Assembly: GCA_044892525.1 (NCBI GenBank)
Contig: CM097885.1
Span: 217,496,001-217,560,000, forward strand
Reading direction: 5' to 3'
Length of the DNA: 64,000 nt
DNA from: Schmidtea polychroa
Taxonomy: Eukaryota
Part shown: in pieces, positions 15,254 through 26,900 of the stretch
Numbering within the stretch: the first letter of the stretch is position 1
How the letters are laid out: each line of letters starts with the position of its first letter
Notes under the pieces: model-generated
What the model was told of the DNA's origin: nothing
What the model saw: only the letters and a program-made list of their open reading frames with translations
Database searches by the model: none
Program-made: the position numbers and the translations under genes

Positions 15254-15524
15254 CACACCCAAGAAAAGATTCAGAGAACGGATGATAGTGCCAGCATCCC
15301 TAAATAGAGCACTCTAGAAGATTCAATCCCATATAACAGCTTGCCTGTTTTATTGTTACTAACATACTAGTTATGTTTTGTTATTTTTCTTTAATAAATT
15401 TTTGTACTATATTTTCATGTATCTTAGAAATTCAGAACATTTTTGTTACTGAAAATTAAAAATAAAGGTAATTTGAGAATTTTAGGAATCAGTTAAAACA
15501 AACTATATTTTAGTAGGTAGTTAG

Positions 15525-16520
15525 TAGCTCCCCGCAGCAACCTCCCCTGGGAGGGGGCTACTGCAGAATTTTTTTTTACTTTTTGGTTACGTAACTGCTG
15601 TGGAGTACTGCACTTATTTTTTCTGTGATTTTCAATAGAAAAACGGTTCTATAGAAAAAAAAGCCATGATTTTTCTGACTATAGTGTGGGGGTCTCCTTG
15701 GTTCTGGGATTTACAATACAAAAAAGGTCTATAAAAAAAGACATGATTTCTCTGACTATGGTGAAGGGGTATCCTTGGTCCTGGGGTTTTCAATACAAAA
15801 TCCGATTCTCGTTAAAAAAGCAAAGATTTTTCTAAGTAAATTAAGGTGAGTCTCCTTGGTACTGAGATTTTCAATACAAAAAGGGGGTCTTCACTAAAAA
15901 ATCGTGGTAAATTAAGGGCTCAAATAGGTAAATTAAGGTCTAAAATTTAAAATTACAGTAAATTATGGGAAAAAATTTAAAATTGAAGTAAATTATGGGT
16001 TCAGATAAGTAAATTAGGGTCTTGAATTTAAAATTAAAATAAATTGATGTCTAAAAATTGAATTAAAGTAAATTATGGTCTAAAATTTTTAATTAAAGTA
16101 AATCAATGGATATATTTGGTAAACAAGGGCTACATTTTAAAGTTAAGTAAATTAAGGTAAAATTTTAAAATTAAGTAATCAATGGTCTAGAATTTTAAAT
16201 AAGTAAATTAAAGTTAAAAATTTTAAATTTAAGTAAATTAAAGAAAGATTTTTAAATTTATTAACAAAAAGTTTGAATAACCACCAACTTTTTGAGAAAT
16301 GTAATTTTTTAATGAAAATTTTTATGAAATAATTTTAAAAGATAATTTTAAATGGAAATTTTATGAAATATTTTTCAAATGACAATTTCAGATGCAAATC
16401 TTTGTGAATTAATCAATGACCACATGAAATTATTTGTTAAATATGTAAATAAGAGTTATATTTGGTAAATAAGTAAATGAAGGACTAAATTTTAAAATTA
16501 AGTAAAAAATTTTGAATTAT
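15525..16520 (-). repeat. Inverted copy of the AT-rich repeat arm seen at 2662-4160
   Basis: gactatagtgtgggggtctccttgg is the near reverse complement of the motif near 3890-3920. Same subrepeats. Confidence 0.6.
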
Positions 16521-16926
16521 TATGAGAATGTTCGTGGCACCCTCTGGTAAAAAAAATCTTCATTTTAGATGCATGTTGAGCTATAGACCCGTGTTGGGCT
16601 GAGTCGAAAATTTAATCGTTGAAAAATAAGAAAGTAGGGAAGTAGAACATTAAGAAAAATAAAAATAAAATAAATAAAATCAGAAATAAAATAGAATAAG
16701 GTATAAGGAAAATAATAATTAAGACATAAGAATTAAAACAAAAAATAAAATTAAGAAAAGATTAAAATAGAACAAGTTGACAAATAAATAAAGAGGAATT
16801 CAAGAAATAATAAGGAAATTAAGGAAATAAATAGAAAAACATATTAAAAATAAAGAAAATAAGGAGAAAACAACCTAAAAACAAGAAAATTATATTAAAT
16901 TAATAGAAATAAGCGGTACTCAACTC

Positions 16927-17060
16927 TGATTGGTCCGCACAAATAAGAATTTGATATATATACAACTACCAAAAACATTAAATTTACTGTTAACCCCGAG
17001 CATTTCATAGGTAAGAAAAAATGTTTACTGTTTTGACTGTTAACCCCGAGCATTTCATAG
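16927..17060 (+). promoter_or_regulatory. LTR core promoter: inverted CCAAT, TATA-like box, predicted TSS 16986, 25-nt exon 1 and 50-nt intron 17011-17060
   Basis: ctgATTGG at ~16927-16933 and TATATA at 16955, 31 nt before 16986. AG|GTAAGA donor at 17011 and TTTCATAG acceptor at 17060. The same geometry occurs in the diverged solo LTR (TATA 58878, TSS 58848). Confidence 0.6.
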
Positions 17061-19466
17061 ACATCTACAACTCACGGAGACTTATTTCAAGGATCAGCAA
17101 TACAAGTAGAGCAACAGTTAATTCGAAAAACTTCACAGCAATTCGAACTCAGTCACAGCAATCGACATTCGACGAATTATCATCAGACTAATTTGGAACG
17201 ACTAACGTTAATTTTCCGATTCAGCCTAATTCCATAGTAAGGGATTTTTATTTATGATATTGTTTTTCGAAGTTAATAGTAAATATGTATATTTAATGAG
17301 TAATTAAACTTTTAAATTTAACCAGACTCTCTTTTCATTTGATCCTGAATAACGATTTTGATAAAGTAAATAATTTAAATGTTTAAAAGTATGTGTTGGT
17401 AACAGGTGAACTCTTACATAATTTTTATGGATATTTATTTTGAAGTGATAGTTTTATGATTTCTAATATTAACGAGTAACGTGGAGTTGAGATACTCCAT
17501 GTCATGGTATGAGGTGCCTTCGGGAGCTCAGCCGGTGGACATGGAGTATTTCAATCACGCAGCTAGATTGGGCCGAAATGTGAAGGCTTCTTCACGGGTC
17601 CAATTGCTGAAGGACTTAAAATCTGTCAGAGTACCGAAATATAGACCGAAAGGAAACCTTATGAAATTTTCGAAAATAGGATATGTGCTTCACAGCGACT
17701 GAGGGAGTTCTCATATTAACTCTGTATTGTCCAGAGTCGTCTTACAAGACATTCATGCCACTTCTGTCTATAAATCCGAACTTACCATGTGGGGGAAAAT
17801 ACCATTAAACATCCATCGCTGGTTTTTCCAACATATCGAGAAGTTGAAATTGCATTCGGTAGACTTTTGAAAAAGTAAATCTAATTTAGGTCATCTCTTT
17901 CAGATGCGACATCCAAATCTTAGCATATGATGAGGAATTTACAATAAAGGAAAAGTAAAACATAAAACCACAATAATACTGTATTCAATCACATATATTA
18001 ACAAAATCTGGTAATACCCATTGAATAATTTTCATGCTGTTGCGTCGAAATATCCACTACTGAAATATGCTTCATAGAGTCTAGTTGGCTGGTTCGTAGA
18101 GATCTTCCATCGTTCAAAAGCATCCAATATTGAGGAAATTACGAGTCGTAGTAAATAAATCCAACATCATAAGCTCAGATGGGAATCGACACGCGATGTA
18201 ACATTTGCAGTTCGCTCAGTACGGTTGATAGTTACAGATAAAATTTCCATCGAATAGGCACCCATACATACAGACATACTGCTAACATAACTATGAGTAG
18301 CGTCATCCGGTCAGAAATATGCATGAGAAACAGCAGAATCATTCCGAATGCCTCTCACCGCAGGGAATGCCGCCATGTGTCACCCTCTCTAGGATTCTTA
18401 GTGTGTGAGTAGTAATCAGTGGTCCTATTAGATAATGCTGACATGAGATGTGACTTCCAGATGACTGACTCTTAAATTTCACTACTGATAAAGGCCATTC
18501 GTACCACTAAAAAGATAAGCCAAATAACCAGTAACCGACTACTAAGATAAGGGACTCTCTAAAGTGCACTCATTAAAGATAATTTTGCTTAAATTAAATA
18601 TTCTAATTAAAAATCGAAATTGTTGAAGGGGTATTTTAATTAATAACCGAAAATTCAAACCAAACTTTATAACTAAACCATAGGAAGTTTTACCTAAGTG
18701 TTGTAGAGGTTTATCGTAATTCTAATTAGATGTTACAAATAATAGTAGTAGCCTTCGAGCCAAATTTAAATTAACTAAAGTATCTACAGGAATTTTTGGG
18801 TTATAAAATAGCTAGTAATATTGTAGTTAAATTTCTCATATTCCCTGTAAATGACGTATTGTAATAGAAAACTAAATCCGATAACAAATTATTATGTAAT
18901 TACAATATTTTTACGATGCTATATTTCTACGACGATATCACCGTATGGTATGGATAAGGGGTAATCATAAAATAGTGACGTATAGTTTATACGAAATTAC
19001 GAGTTGTTACTTATTCCGCTACTTGAGGTAAGGGTGCAAGTTTTTACTAGTTGCATTTGGTCCAAAAACCTTATTTTGCATTAGAATAACAACAAATAAT
19101 CAGCGAAATTTAAACGAAGTGTCGTATAGTGTATTTGTAATGAAACAGGGTTATTCGCTCCGGTATGAATAAATCCGTAAATTGCCTTTATGTGCGATAG
19201 ATAGAAATCCAACTCGAACGCGATAGACGAAAATTAAAATTTTTACAAATAATTTGCATTCGTCAGGGAAGCAATCAGGGCGTTGGGGAATAATTTTCAG
19301 TAAAGGATACGTAAAATATTAGTAATCAAGGGTGAAGGGAGGGATCCTGTTTCATCGACTCGTCTTGTTTTCTTCCAGCACTAAGTATCCAATAGCGAAT
19401 AAACCGTATATCTGATCCGAAATTTTTAGATATAGTCACCATAGTTTTCTTCTTTAGCCATCCATT

Positions 19467-20219
19467 ATGTTATCAAACAACAAATCAGCTCTACGTCCCT
19501 GCTTCTCCTGCTCAGATAAAAATGCAGTGATTAAAGATCTTCAAGCCCAGATCGGTCGATATAAACGAAAAATCGACGAGCTGGAAGGGACATGGTTTAG
19601 TCCCGCTCGGATGAAGGAGATCCAAAAGAAGCTCGATCGTAGCGAGCATTGCCGGGACGCGCTAATATCTGAGAGCCGTGCCCAAAGAAGTCTAATCAGA
19701 GAACAATCCGAGGCACTGCATAAGGTTTACGTGCAGGCGGCTACAACCCGAAAAATTGTGCAGATTCCCATCCGAGAGGCCGATGACATCTTTCCGCCTC
19801 ATCACAACCTTTCCTCGAATCCATCTCCACCGTTCAAGAGACCGTGCCGAGACTGCGTCGAAACCGAATTTTCCCCCAAGCGACCAGATGTTGTCGTCAC
19901 GGGTACCAGTAAGCCCCCCAATGCTAGTCCATCTGTATCAGTCACCCTTCTGCAAGTGGCATCTTCAAGCAAACCCAAGCGCAAACAACTCTCTCGTGCG
20001 GAGCGCAAGAAGAGACAGCGCGAACGCGCCACTACCAAGCCAAACATCCCATCAATAGAGGACTCAACCAACGGTGGCAACTCTCACGTGTCCATCGACC
20101 TAACAACGGGACCCTCAGCGCGAATCATATCAGCCGCTGGCGTAACGTGGGAAGAGAACGCTTCCGAGTTTTTTAACCTCGACGAATTATTCGCCGACGC
20201 TGAATGGGAGAAACAATAA
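19467..20219 (+). CDS. LTR-encoded 250-aa protein of unknown function (CxxC, coiled coil, basic NLS-like tract, acidic C-terminus)
   Basis: Intact in both LTRs; homolog in the solo LTR. Preceded by a pyrimidine tract and AG (19456-19457); AATAAA at 20343. Confidence 0.8.
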   Translation: MLSNNKSALRPCFSCSDKNAVIKDLQAQIGRYKRKIDELEGTWFSPARMKEIQKKLDRSEHCRDALISESRAQRSLIREQSEALHKVYVQAATTRKIVQIPIREADDIFPPHHNLSSNPSPPFKRPCRDCVETEFSPKRPDVVVTGTSKPPNASPSVSVTLLQVASSSKPKRKQLSRAERKKRQRERATTKPNIPSIEDSTNGGNSHVSIDLTTGPSARIISAAGVTWEENASEFFNLDELFADAEWEKQ

Positions 20220-20760
20220 AACCCCAGTGGCGGTCAGGATGAAGAACAAGGATCCGATCTATGTTGATTATGATGTTTTCTCTTCTTTCGACAAACATTA
20301 GTAAAGTGTACAGCTGAATCCTTGTGTCATAACGTTGAAATTAATAAATCTTGTTGTCTTACACGTTTTCGCTCATGAATAACTAGACTTTAATTAAGTG
20401 GGTTGAGTAGAGAACCCGCCAGATCTAGTGAGAAATTCCCAATTTGTATTCAGCGAATCCTGATAAGTGGTTGTGTAAGGAAATGGACGTAAGCCCTTCT
20501 AACGGCAGTCGTGAATGGGAAGTCGAGGCCTCAGCAAGGAGTAGTTTTAAGGCAGAAGCTCACCTGCTTGTTGGCGTCTCGCCTGCATAGTGCAGTACCA
20601 ACGTGAAGTGATTCACGGGCACTATGTTGGAAGAAAGTTATGTGGGGTTTCACTCCAGGTTGACAAATCGGTGGCACCTTTTATTCGAGATGGACAATCA
20701 ACCCTTAGACCCGTCAACATGGTAGAGTGGTCAGCCGAGGTGTAACCCCAACATGATTTT

Positions 20761-20778
20761 TGGGGGCTCAGCCGGGAT
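20761..20778 (+). promoter_or_regulatory. Primer-binding site, tRNA-Pro type
   Basis: TGGGGGCTCAGCCGGGAT matches the classical tRNA-Pro PBS TGGGGGCTCGTCCGGGAT at 16/18 and starts 7 nt after the LTR end. Confidence 0.85.
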
Positions 20779-21091
20779 CTACAATCGATCGAAATTTCTA
20801 TTAACGAATGCGAAATTCACCGGGATTTTCATAAAAAATTAAAGGGATTTATCACATCGATTTTCTGTTTCCAACCGACCATTGCTTGACGAATGCAAAT
20901 TGACTATTGATTATTAACTTATATTAGGAACTAAGTAGAGAAAATCAAAATGTAGATAATAGAAAAATTAAGGATATAAATAAAGGAGATAAAGTAGTCA
21001 AATTAAATAATTAACAATGGTTAAAGAAACCAATTAACGAATTAACTATTAATTTACTACATATTATTAAAACATTACTTTTCCAACAGCT

Positions 21092-21577
21092 ATGACAGAA
21101 TTCGCGAACCAAATGCAACAACTGCTCAAGTTTATCGATATAGAAAACGACTCCCTAACAACACTGACGCATAAAAGAGAAAAAATCAACGCGATATTAC
21201 TGCAAGCAATCGGACAAACACCAGTCGTACCTAATCATATGATATTAGCCACAGGCCTAAGTCGCCCAGATGGAAAAATAAACCCCGAAACCGTATATCA
21301 GTGGTATCAAGAGAGATTGAACCACCCAACATTAAATCTAGATTATCAGCGTCTAAAAGACTCACTAAATACAATACCAGATGCAATCGAACAAAAAATA
21401 CAGGAAAAAATTAACCAATTACGAACTTGTATAGCCTGCAAACTCCGTCCTATTCGCGTATTATTCTTGCCGTGTGGACACCTCAGTCACTGTGAAGCGT
21501 GTGTAAAAGACCTAAAAAGATGCACGATGTGCAAATATGAAATAAAAGAGACCCATATGGTCTATTATGGCGAATGA
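21092..21577 (+). CDS. 161-aa protein with C-terminal IAP-type (C3HC4) RING finger, no BIR
   Basis: CIACKLRPIRVLFLPCGHLSHCEACVKDLKRCTMC at the extreme C-terminus. Acceptor ttttccaacag lies 2 nt before the ATG; AATAAA at 21682. Confidence 0.85.
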   Translation: MTEFANQMQQLLKFIDIENDSLTTLTHKREKINAILLQAIGQTPVVPNHMILATGLSRPDGKINPETVYQWYQERLNHPTLNLDYQRLKDSLNTIPDAIEQKIQEKINQLRTCIACKLRPIRVLFLPCGHLSHCEACVKDLKRCTMCKYEIKETHMVYYGE

Positions 21578-22180
21578 AACGGCCGGCGATGTAACAGCAA
21601 GTATACGATGTTTGAACAAGAATGCATGAAATTGTTGAAGTAACACGTACTGTTAATGATTCAATCTTTATGTTTATGATAAATAAATCCGTCTTTAAAA
21701 AGTTTTGATGATTAGGACTAATAAAATTTGCATGACGAATGAATATTTGCGTGTTTGTTTTGTTTTAATTTTTTTTTCGGAATCAAATGAAGAGAGGGTT
21801 GAATAACGTGGAATTAGTCCCAATATAGACTGCAGGGGTACAAACCGAGCCACCTTCGGGCGGTACGTCTTATTGCAAGAACCCGTTGGGAGGGGATAAC
21901 TGATCAACCCAAGTAAGAAGCGTAGGGCGGGGTACCATCGCATATGATGAGAAGTTTTTGCGACATGACTGATCACCATGCCAATGTAGAAATGGATCAT
22001 CGCGATCGTCGTGCGTTTTGAGCAAGGGGGGAAAGGGGAAACACTCCCAAGCGGTAAAGATTAAGTCGACAAATTAAAAGTAGACAGAGAAAATGGTAAA
22101 CTAGAGTAAAAGAAGAAAAAGAGAAATAGAAGCATGCAGAGCGAGGAATATTGAAGCCGAGCAGTCGAATAATCCAGCCG

Positions 22181-22669
22181 GAAGGAGGAAGATTGAGCTG
22201 TTGAATAGTGCCAGCCAGTCGTAAGGTCGAGTCGTGAAAAGTCCAACCGATCAAGAAGGAGGAAGATTGAGCTGTTGAATAGTGCCAGCCAGTCGTAAGG
22301 TCGAGTTGTGAAAAGTCCAACCGATCAAGAAGGAGGAAGATTGAGCTGTTGAATAGTGCCAGCCAGTCGTAAGATCGAGTTGTTGAATAGTCCAACCGAT
22401 CAGGAAGGAGGAAGATTGAGCTGTTGAATAGTGCCAGCCAGTCGTAAGATCGAGTTGTTGAATAGTCCAACCGATCAGAAGGAAGAAGATTGAGCTGTTG
22501 AATAGTGCCAGCCAGTCGTAAGATCGAGTTGTTGAATAGTCCAACCGATCAGAAGGAAGAAGATTGAGCTGTTGAATAGTGCCAGCCAGTCGTAAGGTCG
22601 AGTTGTGAAAAGTCCAACCGATCAGGAAGGAAGAAGATTGAGCTGTTGAATAGTGCCAGCCAGTCGTAA
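22181..22669 (+). repeat. Tandem array, 74-75-bp unit x ~6.6, in the element's 5' leader
   Basis: Units start at 22181, 22255, 22329, 22404, 22478, 22552 and 22626. Each unit is an internal dimer (gagctgttgaatagtgcca / gagttgttgaatagtcca). Confidence 0.95.
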
Positions 22670-23979
22670 AGGCCTAGAAAAGCGAGAGATAGCAGTTAAG
22701 CTACAATGAGATAATATTTAAATTACTAGTGATATGGAATATTAAAGCTAGCTAGAACAAATTGAATGTAATTTTGAAAATTCGAGTTTAGAGAGGAAAT
22801 AAACGAGCTCGTGGAAAAGAAAATAGGATTATAATGAAAAAGGAAAGGGAAGAAGGAAACGAATTAAAGAGATAATAGAAAATAAAGAATAGATGAAACG
22901 ATGATAATGAGTAAAGAGGAAAGTAACTAACTAACTAAAGGGATCCCAGTGAAGTAGAGAAACTCTACGGAATATTTTTTTTTGGTTAAACCGGGAAAAT
23001 GCATTTTATTGGTTCCAGAGTAGAACCGAGCTTAATAATAGTGAATATGAAAAGTAAAATAGCGACAACAGCGCAAAAGGATTAGGAAAATGAAAGGGGG
23101 GTAATAAGCAGAGACCGACAACGACCTATTTTTACTATAATTGATAACGAATAGATAATTATTACGACTTTATAGATAATTGTTACTACCCCATATAGAT
23201 AATTTAAAATCGACGGAAAATACGGGCTGATGGGATATTATAAACCGCAGACAGGATTTCACAAAAGATAGGGGAAGCACAAACAGAAACCTAAAAGGTG
23301 TCTGTTTTTGAATGTTGTAGAAAGAATGATGAAGTCGTGTAAGCAAATGCAACACGAGATCATTTTTTCATTTTAGATATCAAGCCAATCCAGCCAACCA
23401 AGACAATCCAGAACCTGCACAAAAGGAATTCGAAGAAAATCGACAATCAACCAAGGATAAATCCATTCAGAACCCGCACCGAGAGACACAGCAACCGGAA
23501 GACTCCAGAACGGAAGAAGTATTAGCAGCCATCTGCCAAGGATTAGTAAATCTCCTCAGGATCTCAGTAGCAGATTCATACAGAATATTTATCGAAGGAA
23601 ACACAATCAGAACCGAACGCGTCCAATTCAATAGCCACTAATTACCAAGAAGCGTAAGAAAGGAATCACGGATAAACCCAATCTTAGATCTTCTAGTAAG
23701 CCAGGAGACGTATTATTTTCAGGAGACGAATTACAACAACTCAAGAGAGGACGATCCATTAAACATCAAAGAGGAATATCACAAGGATCCAGAAGAACCA
23801 ATCAAGTACCCATATTCGACCAAGAAAATCTCGGATATACCCCTAGTCGATCTCGAAGTAGAGAAAGTCTGTCCGATATCACTAATAGTTTAGCAACGTC
23901 AACCGAGGAATTATCAGCCCAAAGTTTAGTCACATCGTTAGACAATTTAAAAGAAACAGACGAACCTAGAACACCAATC

Positions 23980-26900
23980 ATGACGAATGTCGTAAAAACC
24001 GACGAGTATAAAGAGAAGTTCAGAGGAGAACCGTTCAACGGAAATGCAAACAAGCTAGCAACGTTCATAACTAATTTTGAAGTTTATATCACTGTGTGTG
24101 GATGGACACCCGAAGCAATTAGTAAAAGGATGCCGTTGTTTTTGTGCGATAGTGCATTAGAGGTATATTTAGAAGCTAAAGAGAGAGACACGAAATTAGA
24201 AAAGTGGGAAGATATTAAAACATTCCTGAAGAAAACCTTCGGAGCCAGTAAGCCAATCAACCAGGCGTTGGGCGAACTAGCAAATAGGAAACAAAGAGCA
24301 AACGAATCGATAACATTATATGCCAGTGAATTGCGGAGATTAGCGAAGAAAGCAATGAATGGAAAATTACCCGAAGAAAATCTGATCGGTTATTTCATAG
24401 AGGGATTACGCCGAGAAGAAGTAAGAGCCTCAGTAGGTTGTCAAATGTGCAAAACATTAGAGGAAGCCATAGATTGGGCTACAAGATGCGAGCTCCACCT
24501 TCCAGCTCAAATGAATCTTATGCAAGAGGAGGGAAGGATAGCGACAGCAATAGCGAAAGCGGATAACGGAGATAACAACAATCAAGAACCGAAAATGAAT
24601 CAATTTATACCAGGAGCGCACCAAATTTTCAAACCACCACAAGGACGATCAAACGGGAATAATGGTAATCGTAACAACCCGAATAATGAGAACAATTTCA
24701 ATAATCGGCGAAATATGAACGATAACAAGCAGTGCCGAACATGCGGTAAACCAGGACACTGGGACAGAGATTGTTATAGAAATTCAAATTGTAATCGTTG
24801 CGGACGGCGTGGACATACCGAAAATGTATGCCAATTGCGAGGCTGTTTTAACTGTGGTCAGCCAGGTCACATCTCCAGAGATTGCCGAGAAAGGGGCCAA
24901 CAACAACGACCACCACAGCGAAATAATAATTATATAGCGAATCCGCAACGACAAAGTAACCCTAACGAAGGAAAACAAATGAACGTTATGCAGGAAATTT
25001 CGCAGATGAAACAGATGATGCAACAAATGATGAGACCAAGACAAGAATCAGCACCACAACAAACCCAGAATATACGTATGATGAGGAGTACCGAAAATCT
25101 CAACAATTATGAAGTGCATCAACATGTACAAGAATGGCAAAGGCTACAGGCCGAGGAAGAGAGGATAAAACAAGAACGCAACCAACAACGACAAGAACAA
25201 CCATTGCGAATAAATATGATGAAGTTAGTAAAAGACATGAAGAGCCAGTATTGCTACAATTACGGGAAAAGCCCAAGGGTAGTACCCATGACTGAACCAG
25301 AAAAAGTAAAGGAAATAACAACGGAAATGAAAACAGAGAATTCAACCACGATTTCAAAAGGAAACCAGAGAATTCAGAAAATATTCTGGAAAAAGATAAA
25401 GGATAAAATCGAAAAAGAACATAATAAAGCGAAAACCGAGACAGAAGATGAAAATAACAAGAGCGAGGAACAAACCAGTCAACTAAATCACCAAATGCTA
25501 CAAGAATCAGAATCAGAAGAAACAACAATATTCGAAAGAAAGAAACTAAAGAGAGTACCAAGGATGAGAAACTTGCAAATCAATATGATGAAAAGGACAA
25601 AAGATGTAGCATCGTCAGACGAAGAAGAAGATTATGTAAGTAGTTTGGGTGGAGAAATACTACAGCCGAATGAAATAAGCGAACCCTCAAAAGGGGAAAT
25701 CAAAGAGGAAGAAAGCGGAAACGAGATAACCAGTGAAAGTGAAGACGAAGATATCGAAATAAAGTTGAGAAAAGCAAGGGAGGAAGCGATAAAACAGGTA
25801 GCCGAAATACTCCCAGTAGTAGTGAGGAACCAAGAGTTCATCGACGTAATACCATTCAGGCGATTCGTGCAAAAAGTGATGAAATTGGAAAGAAACGAGA
25901 AAGATCTAATACCAAACGAGGAAAAATCAATTATAAAAAATTATATGGAAAAAATGAAGCAGGCCGATACCACGCGGTATGTAATAAAAATTGGAACGAG
26001 TAGAGGACTTGAAAGAATGTGGATAAAAAATACAGTCACCGACGAACTTTTCGATTGGATACGAGAACATTTGGGAAGTTCGAGAAAGAAAGAATATCTG
26101 TATCAATACCAAGGAGAACAGATCAAACCAGATATGCACTTAGTAGATGCACTAATATGGCCAGGAGAAACGCAAATACTGAAGTTGCATAAAGAAAAAC
26201 AACTAGCCAACCTTTACGACTGGGCTAAAGATGCCAAGGCAGAATATGATTTTAATATCAAATTGAAATTAGAACAAATAAAACAATGTACTCTGAGACG
26301 AAACCTGGATAAGCTGATCAAACAAATTCAAGAACAAGTAGAAGACAACTGGGATTTACTCATCACCAGACGAGCCCCAGCCATGTACGAACTAATGAGC
26401 CGGTTGCGAGATACAGAAATGCTCCGAATGAGTGATTGGAGAACCATAAATTTGATCCACAAATATGGAAGGTTAAGAGAAACCCAGCCACAGAGGTTGG
26501 AAATAACCATATGGTTACCGAACGAAGAAAAACGACGAATAAAAATGAGCAATCAGAGTACAGTGGATGACTTGGTATCAAAAATAAACCAAGAGATAAC
26601 GGAAAAGGTACGTAGCGAAAGTAGTGATGGTATGGTGGATGATGTAGTCATGATGTACGATAAGATAATATTACGAGCGGAGGACGACACCTCGTTAAGC
26701 GAAATGGGTATGTGGGACAATCATCAGATAATCAGGATAGTACCAATGGATGAATTCCGAACAAGAGATGTAACATATCAAAAAGAAATACGAGACCGGA
26801 TGAAAACGTTGTATCAAAAATCTACAGAAATAATTGAAATCCACCAACAATGGTTAAAAGAAAAAGAGCTACAAGGAAAAATCACGAAATTAAATACCAG

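Larger units (their letters stand above)
16592..20753 (+). repeat. 5' LTR (4,162 bp)
   Basis: Direct repeat of 42879-47040. I spotted only two substitutions (20097/46384, 20571/46858). Confidence 0.97.

Noticed and set aside
2662-16520. Dlx gene captured between the inverted arms of one foldback transposon
   Set aside because: The apparent termini (..GCTAC near 4160 and 15525) face inward toward the gene, so these look like ends of two separate copies.
17481-17870. 73-aa LTR ORF plus 55 further in-frame codons after TGA (possible readthrough)
   Set aside because: Non-ATG start, no recognisable motif, and no homolog found by eye in the sister solo LTR.
22181-22669. CRISPR-like array, or repeat proteins from the minus-strand ORFs 21997-22544
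   Set aside because: Units are contiguous with no unique spacers, the context is eukaryotic and there are no cas genes. The ORFs simply reflect the repeat.
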